A program made the position numbers and the translations under genes. Source: Pristiophorus japonicus (Eukaryota). From it: a DNA stretch of 64,000 nucleotides. The stretch is taken from contig NW_027252026.1 in NCBI RefSeq assembly GCF_044704955.1, positions 496,001-560,000 on the forward strand, in the 5' to 3' direction. The stretch's first letter is position 1. Each line of letters begins with the position of its first letter. Of this stretch, positions 1 to 11,497 are shown in pieces. The notes beneath the pieces are model-generated. The model saw only the letters and a program-made list of their open reading frames with translations. It was not told the DNA's origin and ran no database searches.

Positions 1-339
1 CAGCCGGGTTCCATTTCCATAGATTGTTCCCCAAAATACCACAGATATAGACCGCGCTGTCTCTGCGCTGCATACCTCTGATGGTCAGAATGTAGCTGTT
101 ACTGGCATCATCTCTGGAGAGCTGAAACCGCTCAGAGAAACTGTGTGATCGGTCAACCCTGCCACCTACATAATGAGTAAATATTTTGTGTTTCCTATCC
201 TGTGAGAGGTACCAGTGTACAGTATATTTATCCACATTCACATTGCTGCTCTCCAGGGTACACCGAAACTTCACCATCCCACCCTCGGGCACCGTCACAA
301 CTTCTGGGGACTGGATAAGAACCGGACTTGTCTTTAGAC
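1..339 (-). pseudogene. Ig V-set exon with a joined J-like motif (non-rearranging antigen-receptor-like gene); frameshifted, runs off the window edge
   Basis: A splice acceptor (tattcacag|GT, phase 1) precedes GLKTSPVLIQSPEVVTVPEGGMVKFRC...VHWY...ERFQLSRDDASNSYILTIRGMQRRDSAVYIC, which has the canonical Cys, Trp and DxAxYxC. Removing one base from the attttgggg run gives CGIWGTIYGNGTRL, a G-x-G J motif. Not in the supplied ORF track. Confidence 0.85.
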
Positions 340-394
340 CTGTGAATAGTAAATAACTGATGATCAGAACTGATGAGGAACAACAAAAAGTAAT

Positions 395-915
395 AACTTG
401 AAATGGAAGTGGCGATGATGTCACGACGCGTGTGTGTAACCCCGCTCTACCCTTCACTTAAGGTGAGAGCATTCAGCATTCAGAAACATCGGTCCACTGG
501 GCCACCAGGGAGGGGCCAGGCCACTGACCCTGTTGCCGGCCCGGCTGAACCCGGGGCAATAATTGGCCGGCCGATCGGGAAGTCGGCCGGCAAAAATAAA
601 AACATGGTGGCCGCGGCAGTGGGCCCTCCCCTTGAAGGGCCGCCACGCTGTCATGCTGCACACAGGCAGAACAAGGTGCACCAACAGAAAAAGCTGTCGG
701 GGGCACCATGCAGCGGCTCGTGGATTTTTTAAAGTAACTTTGGGGCAGATTGCAATGGAGGTGCGGGATAGCGGCGGTGCGTGCTTTGATGACGCGCTTG
801 TGGCTGAATTTGGGTCGGGGTGGCCAATGGACTGCAACATGGCGGCCACTTGATTTCGCCATGTGACCGTCGCAAAACGGCGGTAACCGGCCTTATACGG
901 ACCCTGAATTTCAGC
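395..915. mobile_element. Probable non-autonomous Harbinger-like (MITE) fragment
   Basis: GC/CpG-rich block ending ...ggaccctgaatttcagc, which resembles a GCTGAAATTC-type terminal inverted repeat. No credible coding potential; left end uncertain. Confidence 0.4.
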
Positions 916-1317
916 TAGTTGTTTTAAACATATCCTGAGCTTAGCTCTTTAACATCACACTGTACTTGCCAACAGTGTCAGCCTAGCTTCTTGTGCTCAA
1001 GTCTCTGGAGAGGGACTTGACCTGAGCCATGGCTGACACACAGCAGGGAGGGGTCGAGGGGGTGGAACATTGGGTTGGAGGCAGGCCTGAAGGGCAAAAG
1101 GTGTGCTGGTGTTGGGTGGGTATCAACAGGGCTCCACGTGAGCGACAGGGCGAGCTCGGCCAGGAGCAGTGCAGCTTCCTCCAGTTAGAGGCCGACCACA
1201 AAGCCCCAGGCAGAAAATCATCACAGAGCAGTTTAGTCAGGGGGTGGGCCATTTTATTGGGAGGTTAAAATATTCCTGCATTTTTCTATCAGTTACGTTT
1301 TAACTTGTGTTGTTTAC

Positions 1318-1500
1318 CTGTGTGTAACCAGAGGGCTCAGGGGAACATGTTTTGCAAAAGTATTTTGAGTGGTTTGATTGGTTGACCTTCCGTTCTTTTC
1401 TGTTGCTGGATCTCGTGTCCTGTGTGCTGTAGTTATGAAGTTCTGATTGGTTGTATCTGAAAGGATTTTTAAAAAGAGGTGTGATTTGATTGCTTCAGAT
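1318..1500 (-). promoter_or_regulatory. Candidate promoter and leader exon of the Ig V-like gene
   Basis: Two CCAATCA boxes on the minus strand. ATG at 1348 is followed 31 nt later by CAG|GTAAAC (phase 1, matching the V exon). Codon 4 is TGA and the leader would be short. Confidence 0.3.
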
Positions 1501-1565
1501 TGTGTCATGTCCTGAATCACCGACCCCGATATTAACGCAGAGACGGGAACAGAGCGCGTGGGGCG

Positions 1566-3715
1566 GGAACATAAGAACATAAGAATTAGGAATAGCAGCA
1601 GGACTCAGCTCCACTTACCCGCCCGCTCCCCGTAACCCTTAATTCCCTTATTGGTTAAAAATCTATCTATCTGTGACTTGAATACATTCAGTGAGCTAGC
1701 CTCAACTGCTTCCTTGGGCAGAGAATTCCACAGATTCACAACCCTCTGGGAGAAGAAATTCCTTCTCAACTCGGTTTTAAATTGGCTCCCCCGTATTTTG
1801 AGGCTGTGCCCCCTAGTTCTAGTCTCCCCCACCAGTGGAAACAACCTCTCTGCCTCTATCTTGTCTATCCCTTTCATTATTTTAAATGTTTCGATAAGAT
1901 CACCCATCATCCTTCTGAACTCCAAGGAGTAAAGACCCAGTCCACTCAATCTATCATCATAAGGTAACTCCCTCATCTCCGAAATCAGCCAAGTGAATCA
2001 TCTCTGTACCCCCTCCAAAGCCAGTGACCAAAACTGCACGCAGTACTCCAGGTGTGGCCTTATCAATACCCTATACAGTTGCAGCAGGACCTCCCTGATT
2101 TTGTACTCCATCCCTCTCGCAATGAAGGCCAACATTCCATTCACCTTCCTGATTACCTGCTGCACATGCAAACTAACTTTTTGGGATTCATGCACAAGGA
2201 CCCCCAGGTCCCTCTGCACCTCAGCGTGTTGTAATTTCTCCCCATTCAAATAATATTCCCTTTTACTGTTTTTATTTCCCAAGGTGGATGACCTCACACT
2301 TTCCGACATTGTATTCCATCTGCCAAACCTTCGCCCATTCGCTTAACCTATCCAAATCTCTTTGCAGCCTCTCTGTGTCCTCCACCCAACCCACTTTCCC
2401 ACTAATCTTTGTGTCATCTGCAAATTTTGTTACACTACACTCTGTCCCCTCTTCCAGGTCATCTATGTATATTGTAAACAGTTGTGGTCCCAGCACCGAT
2501 CCCTGTGGCACACCACTAACCACCGATTTCCAACCCAAAAAGGACCCATTTATCCCGACTCTCTGCTTTGTGTTAGCCAGCCAATTCTATATCCATGCTA
2601 ATACATTTCCTCTGACTCCGCGTTCCTCTATCTTCTGCAGTAACCTTTTGTGTGGCACCTTATCGAATGCCTTTTGGAAATCTAAATACACCACATCCAT
2701 CGGTACACCTCTATCCAACATGCTCGTTATATCCTCAAAGAATTCCAGTAAATTAGTTAAACATGATTTCCCCTTCATGAATCCATGTTGTGTCTGCTTG
2801 ATTGCACTATTCCTATCTAGATGTCCCGCTATTTCTTCCTTAATGATAGTTTCAAGCATTTTCCCCACTACAGATGTTAAACTAACCGGCCTATAGTTAC
2901 CTGCCTTTTGTCTGCCCCCTTTTTTAAACAGAGGCGTTACATTAGCTGCTTTCCAATTCGCTGGTACCTCCCCAGAGTCCAGAGAATTTTGGTAGATTAT
3001 AACGAATGTATCTGCTATAATTCCGCCATCTCTTTTAATACCCTGGGATGCATTTCATCAGGACCAGGGGACTTGTCTACCTTGAGTCCCATTAGCCTGT
3101 CCAGCACTACCCCCCTAGTGATCATGATTGTCTCAAGGTCCTCCCTTCCCACATTCCTGTGACCAGCAATTTTTGGCATTGTTTTTGTGTCTTCCACTGT
3201 GAAGACCGAAGCAAAATAATTGTTTAAGGTCTCAGCCATTTCCACATTTCCCATTATTAAATCCCCCTTCTCATCTTCTAAGGGACCAACATTTACTTTA
3301 GTCACTCTTTTCCGTTTTATATATCTGTAAAAGCTTTTACTGTCTGTTTTTATGTTTTGCACAAGTTTACCTTCATAATCTATCTTTCCTTTCTTTATTG
3401 TTTTTTAGTCATGCTTTGCTGTTGTTAAAAATTTTCCCAATCTTCTAGTTTCCCACTAACCTTGGCCACCTTATACGCATTGGTCTTTGATTTGATACTC
3501 TCCTTTATTTCTTCGGTTATCCATGGCTTGTTATCCCTTCTCTTACCGCCCTTCTTTTTCACTGGAATATATTTTTGTTGCGCACTATGAAAGAGCTCCT
3601 TAAAAGTCCTCCACTGTTCCTCAATTGTGCCACCGTTTAGTCTGTGTTTCCAGTCTACTTTAGCCAACTCTGCCCTCATCCCACTGTAGTCCCCTTTGTT
3701 GAAGCATAGTACGCT
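1566..3715 (-). mobile_element. CR1/HER1-type LINE, 5'-truncated, decayed ORF2 (RT)
   Basis: ORF fragments with QHGFMKGKSCLTNL, DFQKAFDKV, GVPQGSVLGP, KFADDTK and RPHLEYC; (cataagaa)n tail; small internal deletions. Confidence 0.95.
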
Positions 3716-4968
3716 TGTATCTGGGATATAACGGGCGACGGTCCCGGAGCATCGCCAGACCAGGAAATCTGGCTGATTTTAACTGCCGGGCCTCATTTGA
3801 ATATAGCTCTCGGGTTCATCATCTTCTCTGTGCATCGGTGGAAGTGACGCAGACCCGCGTGATGCAATTTCCCGGCTCCAATTCCAAGGTTCAGCTCAGC
3901 ACGGAAATGGAGGAAGAGGTTCGCGCTTTCTACACAGAGGACTGAAGAAGAGGAACTGTGAGAGGCTGCGGAAAGTGGGAAGGTTGCCGCTATGCCCCCG
4001 TTTCACAGAAGCTTCCCCTGATGTTCTGCTGGGCGCTGTCAGAGCCAGGAGGGATGGGCTAGTTCCCACCAGCAGGAAAAGGAAAGCTGCTGTCACAGCT
4101 CAAGGTGTGAGTGGAGGCGGCAGAAGTCAGGAGCAGGAGTGTGACCAGGAGGTTGTGGATTCAGTGCTGTTAACGGTTCAATGACTTGACTAGGTCAGGG
4201 AAGGTCAGTCGATGGCTATCTGCACCCGAATCCTCCAATGCACCCTCGCACACCTCCTCTCATCCTCACTCCCTTCACAAGTTCATCACCCTCTTCCTCA
4301 CTCCACCACTGTCAGTAACCGCAATTCTCATCTCATCTGACCTAAATCACCTCCACCCACTCTCATTACACATCCTGAGGTGGCACCGTGACCATGTTCC
4401 TCAAAGGCATGCCATTCCCACTCCTTATGCATCTGCGTGATTCTCACCTTCACCATATGCAGTGCATCCATCGGATGCCACTCACAGGGCTGCAGGATGA
4501 AGAGAGCGCAGAATGCCAGGGAAAGGGCCAGGACCAGAGGAGGGCTGCAGGAAATTGTTAAGAGGAGGCGCTGGTGATCCGTGGCATCTCAAGCACTGTG
4601 AGCATTGGAGATGGAGAGGTTGGCGGAGCAGGGCGACTGCTTTAATCTTTCATACCTGCACCTCCCACAAAGCAACATCACCCACAGTGGGCTTCACAAC
4701 ATCATCACCTGATCAAGTGCTTCATGGGCATATCAACAATTACAAAGTACCATCTCCAAATATTATCTCTTCCTTCTCGCCCCAGTGCCATCACATGAAG
4801 AACCCGAGCCACTGCCCAGGGAAGATGAAGATTCCTCGAGGACTTTATACCTGCGGAGGATGTACCATCACAGGTTACATGCATTGCAGGCACCAGTGCA
4901 GATACCAGCACCTCGGTGATTCTCACTGCACAAATCAACATGAGCAGAGTGGTGGTGAGAATGCATAC
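3716..4968 (+). mobile_element. Harbinger-type transposon remnant: Myb/SANT-like DNA-binding gene, decayed
   Basis: PRFTEASPDVLLGAVRARRDGL...RLWIQCC*RFNDLTRSGK followed by donor AG|GTCAGT matches the Myb/SANT (NAIF1/MSANTD-like) ORF of Harbinger elements. Confidence 0.7.
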
Positions 4969-5534
4969 TGAACATGGATATTAAATGTATACAGACATTT
5001 AAGTCGAGAAGTTGAGAACGTGGGAATTATATATGGACAGTATAAGCTAACAAAGAATTCATGGAGGAATAGCCATGACATCTCAGACTCGAGACTGCGA
5101 AATGTTACAACACTAACACATATTGAAACAAAACCCACAGCTTGCAGAAAAACCTCAAGGTCTTATTAAATCATGTTATTAACCTGAAACATTTACAGAA
5201 GGCCTTTGTTTAAAATCAGACCATACTTAGGTCGGCTTATGAGTGGACAAAGGGAAAGAGGGATCAAAAGGGATAGGCTGAACTAGGATGTCACTCTAGC
5301 CCTATCTTGTTATCTTTTACCGAAAATGTATAACCGTCGTCCCTTTACAATGTAACGTCACTTTGTCCATAGGAAGTGAGTGCGTTCTATCAGAGTTGCA
5401 TTCCTTCTGTCTGATAAGGTCCCCAATCGGGATTTGCTTTTTAAATAAAAGCTTGCTCTGTTTAAAGCACAATCGGTATTCGACTCAGTGATTTCACTGA
5501 ACCAGATTGAGGGAAAAGAATCCAAAAATCAACA
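4969..5534 (+). repeat. 5' LTR of ERV
   Basis: TG...CA; near-identical to 12971-13533 except the first ~30 nt; AATAAA at 5444-5449. Confidence 0.92.
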
Positions 5535-5536
5535 TT

Positions 5537-5554
5537 TGGTGTCAGAAGTGGGAT
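5537..5554 (+). promoter_or_regulatory. Primer binding site, tRNA-Leu(CAA)
   Basis: TGGTGTCAGAAGTGGGAT lies 2 nt after the LTR and is complementary to the tRNA-Leu(CAA) 3' end ...AUCCCACUUCUGACACCA. Confidence 0.9.
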
Positions 5555-5837
5555 CTCAACGGACGACTGCTGAAAACTTGCGAATTAAGAGCCAGACTAG
5601 CCTTGGACGAGACGAGGGGAAAGTGGCCAGTGGAGTAAGTATACTTTCAATACTGCTCCAGTTTCCCCCGGTTTCAAAAGTCTGAGGAAAGTTTAGCCAC
5701 TCGCTGGTTCTCAGGTAGTGTCTGAACGAGATCCAGGACAATCTGGTGAATACCTTTCAAACTTAGAATAGGGATAGAGATAGGGAAATTGCGCGGTGAC
5801 GCAAACCAAGCGGCGACTCGGAAAGATAGGTTAGAAT

Positions 5838-5845
5838 AGGTAAGT
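5838..5845 (+). promoter_or_regulatory. Major splice donor of ERV
   Basis: AG|GTAAGT perfect consensus in the leader. Confidence 0.6.
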
Positions 5846-6179
5846 CTGCCTGGGTTCGAGGCTCAGAGCCTGCCTGGGTTCGAGGCCCAGTGTCTGTGTG
5901 GGTTCGAGGCCCAAGTAAAACCGCGCGGCAACGCGGAGAGAGAGAGAGAATCGCGCGAACCGCGTAGGGAAACGCGGAGGTTAGGGAATTACGTAAAATT
6001 AAGCCGCGGGACTGCGCGGGACTGTGTAAATTTTAAATTGTACTTACGCCAGGTACGGCGTCAATCTTGTACATCACTTGGTCCACCTAGACTCTGGGTA
6101 AGATAACTGAAACCACCACGGGGCGACGTGGAGACAATCAGGACTAATTAGGACCCTGATCCAACGTGCGGTGACCAGA

Positions 6180-8466
6180 ATGGGTAATTTAGATAAAACT
6201 ACGAATTCCCTGAAAGGTCATGGATCCAAAAATAGAGCCGGCCAAAACAATTAATAGGAAAGAAGAGAGACTCTTGTGAACGTCTGTTTTAAATGAGAAA
6301 TGCTTGTGTGATTTTTACTGTGGAAAAGAAAGCCGGGGAGTTGTGGTTTGTTTTAGCTCCACCCACTTTTTCAAACAGAATGAAAGTTGTTTAACCCTTC
6401 GTAGTGTTGTCCTGTATGTGGGAAGTTTAAGAGTGTGAGCCTTATTGAATTACGTATATTCGGATGATAAGTTACAGAGCCAGGAAATGCACAAAGGATA
6501 GGTTTGTTGAGTAAAAAAAGAAAAAATACATGGTCCCGGTGGTTAAAAAAGGATTTGACATGCTCACTTACTTGTCGAAAGAAAACATGCAATGATTGAT
6601 TACATTACAAATTTTGAATCGGGATTTTGAGATATTCAGAGAAGGCACAGCAAAACAACTGAGATGGATTCAAAAGGATTCAAAAAAAATATATTATATT
6701 AAATCTGCAGTTTAGAAGAAATAGTATAACACGACCTTGAGGCTGGAACAATTGAGATAACGAAAAGCAGTCCACAGCCTACGTGCCAGACTTCCCTCTA
6801 GTTATGGAAAAGACGAAAAAAAAGATGTAACGTACTAAATAGGTGCTGAAAAAAAAAATGTTCTGAGATTTTAAATTATGAGAAAAGTTCCATTGCAGTC
6901 TAAAAAAATATGCATCACTCCTGTCGAGTTGGCAGAAAAACTCCATTAAATTAGGGCTTTCATTGACAGAAGGAGGACATATTAAAAACTGTAGATGTCT
7001 TAAAGATAGAGTGCACGCACGAGAAATGTACTCAGAGTTCCACTGGGACCTCTGAGAAAGGTATCGATAGACTACGTAGTTAAAATGGTTGGCTTTGCAT
7101 TGACTGAGGCTGATGACGAAATTGAATTTCAGTAAACAAATAGCTATTAAAAATGTGTGGTCTCGTTTTAAATCAATTAAAAATATCTTTGGTGAGTACT
7201 TGAATAAGAAGTTAAAAAATATTGGAGTTTAATCAAATGCTGCCTTTCCTGATGAAAAGATTTTTTTTTCAGATGGTTACGCGAAGTCACGTAATGACAT
7301 CGGGTCTTCTTACAAACCTGTAAAGGAGTTAACCCTTTCCATTGACAGCCGTTTCACACTGAACATTATCAATTTGGATTTCTGAATAGAAAAAAGACTC
7401 ACCTAACAGAGGAATGGTGCAATAGTCAGAATAAAAATAAAAACAGAACTAGCTTATGTAATAATACTTGCCTGATACAATAAAGAAATAGATACTCAAA
7501 CAAAACAAATTGAAGAGTTAAAAGGCTAAGATAAATAAGCTGAAAGGGATCCACAAACCCAACTTAACCCTGATCTCCGATTTCACGGAGTGACCTCGAC
7601 ATGCATGGATATAATGCAGAATCAAGGGACCTGTGGGCCCTGGTAAAGCAAACCCTGAGCCCAACTGAGCAAGCCCGATTTCTAACTCACCGAGGACGTG
7701 CTACTCATGATGCATTGTTGGTTGCTCACCCTAACGATGTCCAGGATCGCCTAAACACTAATGCTCTCACCACGACCCTTCAGAAGCCCATCAGTATGGC
7801 CGCAGTATTAGAAACTAAACCCAAACGAGAAGAAACTGCCGATGAATTCATGGAAAGATTTATTGAAATATACGGAAGTCAATCAGGAGATAATGACTTC
7901 AGGGCAGGAGAGGATTCTCCTCAATTCTGCGCTATCCTACTTCAGTGCCTGCCCTATTCGGTTGCTCACGCTCTCCGGACAAATAATATGAATTGGGCAG
8001 ATAACAGTAAAGACCAGATGGAGAGGGCGGTTAAATATTATTGGCAGGAAAAGAAAGGAGAGGGGGGAGGTGCGCCCCCAACCCGGGTCAAGACTGAATA
8101 CGTGACTAGAAAGGAAGAGCCGCCTCGGGTGGAAGGACCAAAACCCGACCCAAGGGGATACCAGATGGAACCGCAGTGTTGTGTGCAGGGTTGGTGGATA
8201 AACAGGGATACGGTTATATCAAACACCCAAATGGCCCGAGCCCTGCTAATTACGGACTGCCCTACGGGGCCTGGTATGGAAAGAGGTTGGGGCTGGGAGA
8301 TGGATGCTTTATTTGTGGGCAAGAAGGACATTGGAATAGAAATTGTCCCTCCCGTCAGCACGAAAAAGGAAGAGGAGTGGGGCAAGGGGGGAGAGGACGG
8401 GGATCTTGCACTAACTTCTCCCAGAACAACCCCTTTGGCCAACCATCCCCCGATTATTCGTATTGA
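6180..8466 (+). pseudogene. gag: ERV gag (decayed N-terminal half; capsid and nucleocapsid readable)
   Basis: Candidate start MGNLDKT at 6180. Capsid-like ORF from 7601 (ETADEFMERF, MHR-like). After a frameshift, zinc knuckle CFICGQEGHWNRNC and stop TGA at 8464-8466. Confidence 0.85.
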
Positions 8467-11266
8467 CTACGTAGCTTGGTTGTGCAGGGACCCTCCCCGG
8501 ATGATGAACCGATGATATTGTTAAAAATTCGGAATGAGTGGCAACCCTTCTTGATAGATACGGGAGCCTTCATTTCTTCTGTACAATCAAAGCTGAAACT
8601 CCCCGCCTTCACTGAAACACAGGGACTGTCAGGATTCCTGGGACAAGTCTCTCCATTCCCGATGTCAGAACCGGTTAAAATGGGTTACCAGGAAGAATCG
8701 GTGGAACATCGATTTGTTATCACAACCAATCTGGACTGTAACTTGATGGCTCGAGACCTCCTCTGCAAATTCCAGTTGCATTTGGAGTGTGGAGATGATG
8801 GGATTATTGTAAAACAAGGAACCCTTAAGCGGCAGTATTATACCACTAGAGCCCCTCAGTGGTGGTCTCTGGACCTGCCGCAGGCACCCTATCACGTGAC
8901 CCTAGCATACGATCCCAGTGGAAAGAATCAGGACCTGCAGAACTTTTATCAGGATCACGAAGGGGAAGTGAAGGAAATTCTATTAAGGGCTAGAGTGACT
9001 GGACCGGAAGGGAAGGCAGATTTTGTGGAAATGGACAGCCCCCAACGGTGGCACCACATATTACTCGTGAAGTATTACCTCCCCACCACGCGAAAGATTT
9101 GGGAGTTATGGTGCGCCAGGCTATAGACGAGGCTGACCCTACCAGCCGGGATGTGCAAACTGTAAAACATGGCCAAACAGTCCAATTCCACGGGGACCCC
9201 GAGAAGGTCTTAACGTCTCTGCAGCATCATACTGGCTCTGACATACCTGACTATGTGGATCCTCATGTGTGGGCAGAGGACCCCTCCCAAGTGGGTTATA
9301 CTCCCATTGATCCGATTGAGATCCCAGTGCAGGGCAATGTGGACTGGCCCTCTATCCGACAGTACCCACTGAAATCACAGGCAATACCGAGTATCCACCG
9401 AGCTCTGGAGGCTAGCCGAGTCGAACCAATTTGCCAGTTTCCAGTCCCTAGCACGGCTAAACAAATGCGCCAGTGGTTGGGGATGATCAATTACTGCAGA
9501 TCCTGGATCCCTAATGTTGCCCTGATGACTAAGCACCTCATCCCGTATACAAATAAGGAAGGCAGCTTTGAAATAGAAACCGCAGACGTCCAAGCCTTTA
9601 AGGAACTAAAGACAGCCCTGCTGCAAGCTCCGGCTTTGGTCTGGCCCCTCTATGACCTTTCAACTGTATTGTACAATCCTGAAAGACTGTGCTACCGTTG
9701 TCTTAACACCTCTCACTCCGTAGCTGCCCTCCTGGGCCAGCTGCAGACTCAACACCTTAACATGGCCAGGCAAAGCAGATATGAGATCTACCTACTAAAC
9801 AACCCAAGCTGACCTTTCGGCACTGTACTGCAATTAATCCGGCCTGTTTTCTTACTGAGCCGCCCCAAGATGAGGAAGAACCCAGTCATGATTGTTTATC
9901 TTTAATTCAAGAGGCCACATCAGTCAGGGGAGATTTAGTTGATGTACCAATGGAAGATCCAGACTGTATTATGTATGTTGACGGAAGTTCTTCTATTAAT
10001 CCAGAAGGTACACGAATCTCAGGATACGCCATAGTAAACCAGGAGAATCAGGTCTTGGAATCTGCCGCCTTTGAAACCGCCTATTCTGCCCAACAAGCTG
10101 AACTATTCACCCTCACCCGAGCCTGTATCTTGGCCAAAGACCTCAAAGTCAATATCTATACCGACTCTAGGTATGCCTTTGGGGTGGCCCATGATTTCGG
10201 ACAATTATGGAAAAATAGGGGATTCCTAACCTCACAGGGGAATGAGATATTCCATAAGCAACTAGTATCTGATTTGTTGCAAGCCCTCATGCTCACCAAG
10301 CACATTGCCGTTGTTAAATGTACCGCCCACACCACCGGAAAATCCCCGGTTGATATCGGGAACCACTGTGCTGACAAAGAAGCTAAACAGGCCTCTAGTG
10401 TCCAAAATGATGAGTCAGACTAAAAAATCCTGCGAAGGATAAGTTAGCCTCGGAAAAACCAATGCCAACCATCCAAGATGTTATTAAAGCACAGGAGGAC
10501 GCTCCTGAAAAAGAAAAACTGTTGTGGAAAAATTATGGATGTACTTATGACAATGTTTCTAAACTCTGGACCACTCCCGCGGAACAGACTTGCATGTCTG
10601 ATGAGTTGGCTCTATGGGTTATTGAATGTATGCATTTTTGCTACTCATTGTGGAGCAAGGACCACGAGTGACACACTTTTGGCTACTTGGTGGCATCCTA
10701 GACTCCAGGCGCTCGCCCAGAACATCAGTAGTCGTTGCCTGGTTTGCCAGCAACATAATCCAGGGAAGGGAGTCCCCTGTGATTGGGGTAAAATGCCCCT
10801 ACCCGAAGGTCCCTTTGAGACATTTCAGTTGGACTACATTGAGTTGCAAAAAGTTCAGTGTTACAAATATGTGTTAGTAATAGTAGATGTGTTTAGCAGG
10901 TGGATTGAAGCCTACCCTACCCTGGACAATAAGGCTCAAACTGTTGTTAAGGTGTTAATGAGGGAAATTGTTCCTAGATATGGTATCTCAGCTCGACTGA
11001 TGACCACCTATGTTCTTTCTCTGACTCAGGCTCTGCGACTAGCTCACAACCAGGTTCGAGAGGCTCACCTCGATCTCCCAGTTTTACCCAAATCGTCCCT
11101 CATGGTACCTGGGAAGTATGTCCTGATTAAGAGGTGGATTCGGAAGGGATTGGAGCCACAATGGGAGGGGCCTTTTCAGGTGTTATTCACTACCCCCACT
11201 GCAGCCAAGGTTGAGGGGAGAAGTGCCTGGGTTTACCTGCACCACTGCAAGCTCACCACCCCCTAA
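8467..11266 (+). pseudogene. pol: ERV pro-pol: protease, 2H-like insert, RT with core deleted, RNase H, integrase with partial deletion
   Basis: FLIDTGA and NLMARDLL (protease); IRQYPL jumps directly to thumb WLGMINYCRSWIP with no YxDD; YVDGSS/SAQQAEL/YTDSRY (RNase H); H...CLVC, LDY, GPF (integrase) with the D-35-E segment missing; several frameshifts. Confidence 0.92.
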
Positions 11267-11287
11267 CGAACCTATTTTACTGGTTAT

Positions 11288-11310
11288 TCTAACTCCTGTT
11301 TCTGTTCCAG
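11288..11310 (+). promoter_or_regulatory. env splice acceptor
   Basis: ctaac branch point, pyrimidine tract and CAG just after the integrase stop. Confidence 0.6.
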
Positions 11311-11497
11311 ACTTCCTCTTCTCCATAGCTGAACAAGGCCGTTGACATCCTAATTGTAACGTGGACCAGTTTGAACTTTTACCCGTAGTGATAGACAGCC
11401 AGCTACACCGACGGTGACCTAAGAAGAGAGACGGGAGAACCGAACTCTTTTAATCAGCAAAATAATTGGACTATTTATCTGAATCCTGAGCCATAAG

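Noticed and set aside
403-1268. Overlapping short ORFs
   Set aside because: GC-rich non-coding repeat sequence, open in several frames, with no domain signature.
1651-3162. Plus-strand ORFs overlapping the LINE (and similar ORFs at 16-18 kb, 31.5 kb and 55.6 kb)
   Set aside because: Antisense shadows of LINE ORF2.
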